Assembly: GCA_026025795.1 (NCBI GenBank)
Contig: JAPEUG010000138.1
Span: forward strand, 1-38,264
Length of the DNA stretch: 38,264 nt
Direction of reading: 5' to 3'
Source of the DNA: Thelocarpon superellum
Taxonomy: Eukaryota
The notes beneath the pieces were generated by a model that made no database searches, had not been told where the DNA came from, and saw only the letters and a program-made list of their open reading frames with translations. Of this stretch, positions 35,098-38,264 are shown in pieces. The number at the start of each line of letters is the position of its first letter. Position 1 is the stretch's first letter. Made by a program: the position numbers and the translations under genes.

Positions 35098-36628
35098 TCA
35101 CTCGTGCTTCTTCTCCGTGCTCGCGAGGTCCGCAGGCTCGTCGATCCCGATGAATTCGGCCTTGAAATCTGTCGAGGCCGTCTCGGACGCGACGAAGCGG
35201 ATCTTGACGCGCCGTACCCCCCGGACGGACGCGGCCACGGCCTCCCTCACCAACGTCTCCAAGGTCTGGAGATGCGAGACCGAGCAGGATCCCGGCACGG
35301 CCAGCTGCAACTCCATGAGGTAGTTCTGCCCGGACTTCACCCCCTGCACGTCCCGCACCGCCACCTGGCCCACGCTCGCCTCGCCCAGGAGTATGGTAAG
35401 CCGCTCCGGCACGAGGCAGCCTTCGGCCGCGCGGCGGACGGAGTCCCTGATGTCGGAGTCGACCGCAACATCGGCCAGCTCAAGCAACGCGGCACCCGTA
35501 TTGGACCAGCCGGCGCGAATGACCATCAGTGACACCAGGAGGCCCCCGACTGGATCGAGCCAGGCGGCGTTGGAGAAGAAGTTGGCCCCGGCAATGGCGA
35601 CCAGGGCGACGATGCTGCTCAGAGAGTCGACGCGGTGATGTACGGCGTTGGACGCGAGCACGCTCGACTTTCGTTCGAGCGCGATCTTCATGGCTATGGA
35701 GAGTAAGTTAGCCTTGCGTTAGACTGGGAGAAAGTAGGGGTTGAGGGAACATACTGGCCCGATATAGGTATTCTTTGACCACGATTGAGCCGCCGACGAT
35801 CCAGATAGCATTGATGTTGGGCCCCAGGTCCATGTGGGAGTGACTATGACCGTGACCGTGCCCGTGCCCGTGTCCATGGGAAAGGTGCTCGGCGGCCGCG
35901 GCAGCGTCGAGGAAGAGCTGCGAGTAGAGCACCTCGCATGCGTTCCAGCCCATGAGCAAGCCTCCCACCAGCAACATGCCGCTCACGCCCACAGATCCCA
36001 AGCTTTCGATCTTCCCATAGCCGGAGGGAAAGGTAGCTGATGGAGGCTTGACGCTGAGCGAGACTGTAGCTAGAGTCATGAAGTCGGACAAGAGATCCGT
36101 CAAGGAATGAATAGCGTCGGCGATGAGGGCCTGTGAGTGAAAGACGTAGCCGCCAATTCCTTTCCCAATGGCCATGGCCAGATTGACAAACAATCCAATG
36201 CGGGTGATGCGAACGCCTGCGTCATTTTTGTTGGTCGACGTGAGGTAGGTGTTGTCATGGTGGTGGTGATGATGAGACGAGCCGCCGTGGGAGCGGCATT
36301 GTGTGCTGGACGCCAGGGTGGGCAATGACTGTCGAGAATTGAGAGAAGAAAGCGAGGCGGGTGGGTTGAGCCGCGTCGACGAGGGTGCCGGTGCCACAGA
36401 ACGTGAAGAGAAGTGATGCGTCGTGGTAGACAATTGTGACGTGTGAGCGGGTGAGCACACGACTCGGCGCGGCTGGCGACCTAGGTCCAGTTGGAGATGG
36501 TGATTTGGCCAGTGAGACGATCGCCAAGAGCCGAGACGTAGCGCTGTGCCCATCGCTCTCGGGGCCTTGCAACGCCCCACGCCCAGCCCCAGGCGGCCCG
36601 CAATCTGACTACCGCGGAGGCTCAGCAT
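35098..36628 (-). CDS. Mitochondrial cation diffusion facilitator, Mmt1/Mmt2-like metal (iron) transporter, 489 aa
   Basis: Exons 36628-35755 and 35693-35098. Long Arg/Ser-rich presequence, HHHHHHDNTYL, RITRIGL, ADAIHSLTD (HxxxD), GYGKIE, (HG)n loop, NAVHHRVDS and LDPVGG. Confidence 0.94.
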
Positions 36629-37150
36629 GATGCCGATTTGCGGCTGAAGGACGTGGCCGTGGTCGAAGCTCGCAGGTGATCGAGCAGAGGAGCGCGCAGG
36701 GACAGATGTGATCGATGCACCATGGTGAGGTGCGATGGCACTCACCAATCGATCCGCCAGCACGCTTGTCCAGTGCCAATGGACTGGCGTGGTGTGTCTG
36801 GTCAGATGAATCGATTAGGAAGATCCACAGCGCAAATCTGATTTTCGCTTGCGATGTTCGTCCTTGTTCTCCTTCACAAGCCCTACGGTAGGCGGCCCGG
36901 TGCCTGAGCTTGTGTCTCTGCTGTGCTTCCCTACCGGCCGCCACCTTTCTGTCGCGTGGGAGACGCGCCTCACGGTAACGATCGAACTAGCCTCGGTCTA
37001 TGACGAGCTGGACACAATTGGATTCTTGGGGGGGCCCTCCGATGGCTATCTATTGCCCCTCAGCCTCTGGCGATGCAATCACTTCCTACCTAGGACGTAC
37101 ATACTGAGTGCCTCTCATTTTCCCTCGTGCACCTCCTTTCCATTGGGTAA

Positions 37151-38264
37151 ATGCAAAAATCTTTCATGAGAATACCCTACACGGGTCCTCTCCCCGCTCC
37201 ACGAATTATTCCCCGCGACGCCACCACTCTCACTAATGCCGTCACGGCGCTGGCCAATTTCCTTACTGCCTCTCCATCCAGGACGGTGGTTTTATCAGGT
37301 GCGGGCATCTCCGTTGCCTCGGGACTGGCCGACTACCGTGGCCCCAAGGGAACCTACACGCAGAACAAGACTTACCGGCCCATCTACTATCACGAATTTC
37401 TGGCCAACCATGAGGCCAGGAAGCGGTATTGGGCCCGGTCCTTCCTGGGCTGGACCAACCTGCATCGGGCGAGACCTAACCCAGCTCATCTTGCCATCAA
37501 GCGCCTGGGCGAATTGGGCATCGTGCGCAGCGTGGTGACACAGAGTAAGAACAGGGCGCCCCTCTCGTCCGCATCCTCATCCTCGTCTTCATTCTGATGG
37601 AAGCGCCAGATGTCGACTCCTTCCACACCATCGCCCACCCCGCCCTCTCGACTCTCGAGCTACACGGCTTCCTTCGTTCACTGGTCTGCGTCACATGCGG
37701 CACGCATCTCTCGCGGGAAACGTTCCAGAACTCGCTCGCCGCCCTCAACCCCGCCTGGGCAGCCTTTCTCGCATCGGCGCTCGCTTCCGGCGCCCTCGAC
37801 ACGGAAAACCCCGATGAACGCCGCGCCAAGGGCATGAAGACCAACCCTGACGGCGACGTCGACCTCCCGGACGCACCCTACTCCACCTTTCGCTATCCGG
37901 CCTGTCCAACCTGTCTCGCCCATCCACCTCCGTCGACCCTCGCCTCAAGCTCAACCAGCCCAGCCCCACCCCACCGCGTCGTTGTCGACGCCGACGGCGC
38001 CTGGACCAGCGCCAGTACAGCCGGGATTCTCAAGCCCGCCGTCGTCATGTTCGGCGAGAGCATCCCCACCGCTGTCAAACAAGCGGCCGAGCACGCCATC
38101 GACGCCGCGGACCGGCTCCTGGTCATTGGGAGTTCCCTGGCTACTTACTCCGCCTGGCGGCTCGTGCGTCGTGCACAGGACCAGGGCATCCCCATTGGCA
38201 TCCTCAACCTAGGCGGCGTCAGGGGCGAAGACGAGTTCTTCAAGGACGTAGAGCTAGCACCATC
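37151..38264 (+). CDS. NAD-dependent sirtuin deacylase, class II (SIRT4-like); 3' end outside the window
   Basis: Exon 37151-37544, intron GTAAGA...CTGAT...CAG, exon from 37610 to the window end. Motifs MRIPYT, GAGISVASGLADYRG, RKRYWARSFLGW, TQNVD (spans the intron), ELHG, CVTC/CPTC zinc ribbon, NPDGDV, LKPAVVMFGE, GSSL and LNLG. Confidence 0.95.

Noticed and set aside
35833..36275. His tracts (HGHGHGHGHSHSH and HHHHHH) as a novel metal-binding feature
   Set aside because: Typical of CDF/Mmt-family transporters.

Overview
This is GC-rich (roughly 60%) eukaryotic DNA from a filamentous ascomycete (Pezizomycotina-type genes, short GT-AG introns with CTRAC/CTRAT branch sites), so most entries in the intron-blind ORF track are exon fragments or antisense shadows. 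I reconstructed 13 protein-coding genes by hand, and the spliced lengths of all 12 complete ones keep frame. Ten are conserved genes: PP1 catalytic subunit, an LRR protein, DNA primase large subunit, separase, a DUF5321-like protein, S-formylglutathione hydrolase, exportin-T, xylulokinase, a mitochondrial CDF metal transporter and a SIRT4-type sirtuin (cut by the window end). Three minus-strand genes for secreted proteins sit singly between them: a PhiA/IgE-binding-like protein, a divergent KP4 killer-toxin-like protein, and a modular Cys-rich precursor whose LEKR site could release a 51-aa disulfide peptide. These three are the best candidates for undescribed biology. Possible translational control elements: an approximately 1.3 kb AUG-free region upstream of PP1, a strong-context uORF overlapping the metal-transporter start, and a probably spliced leader with stacked AUGs on the LRR gene. 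I found no tRNA, rRNA, intact transposon or CRISPR. Family calls come from motif recognition, not database searches.
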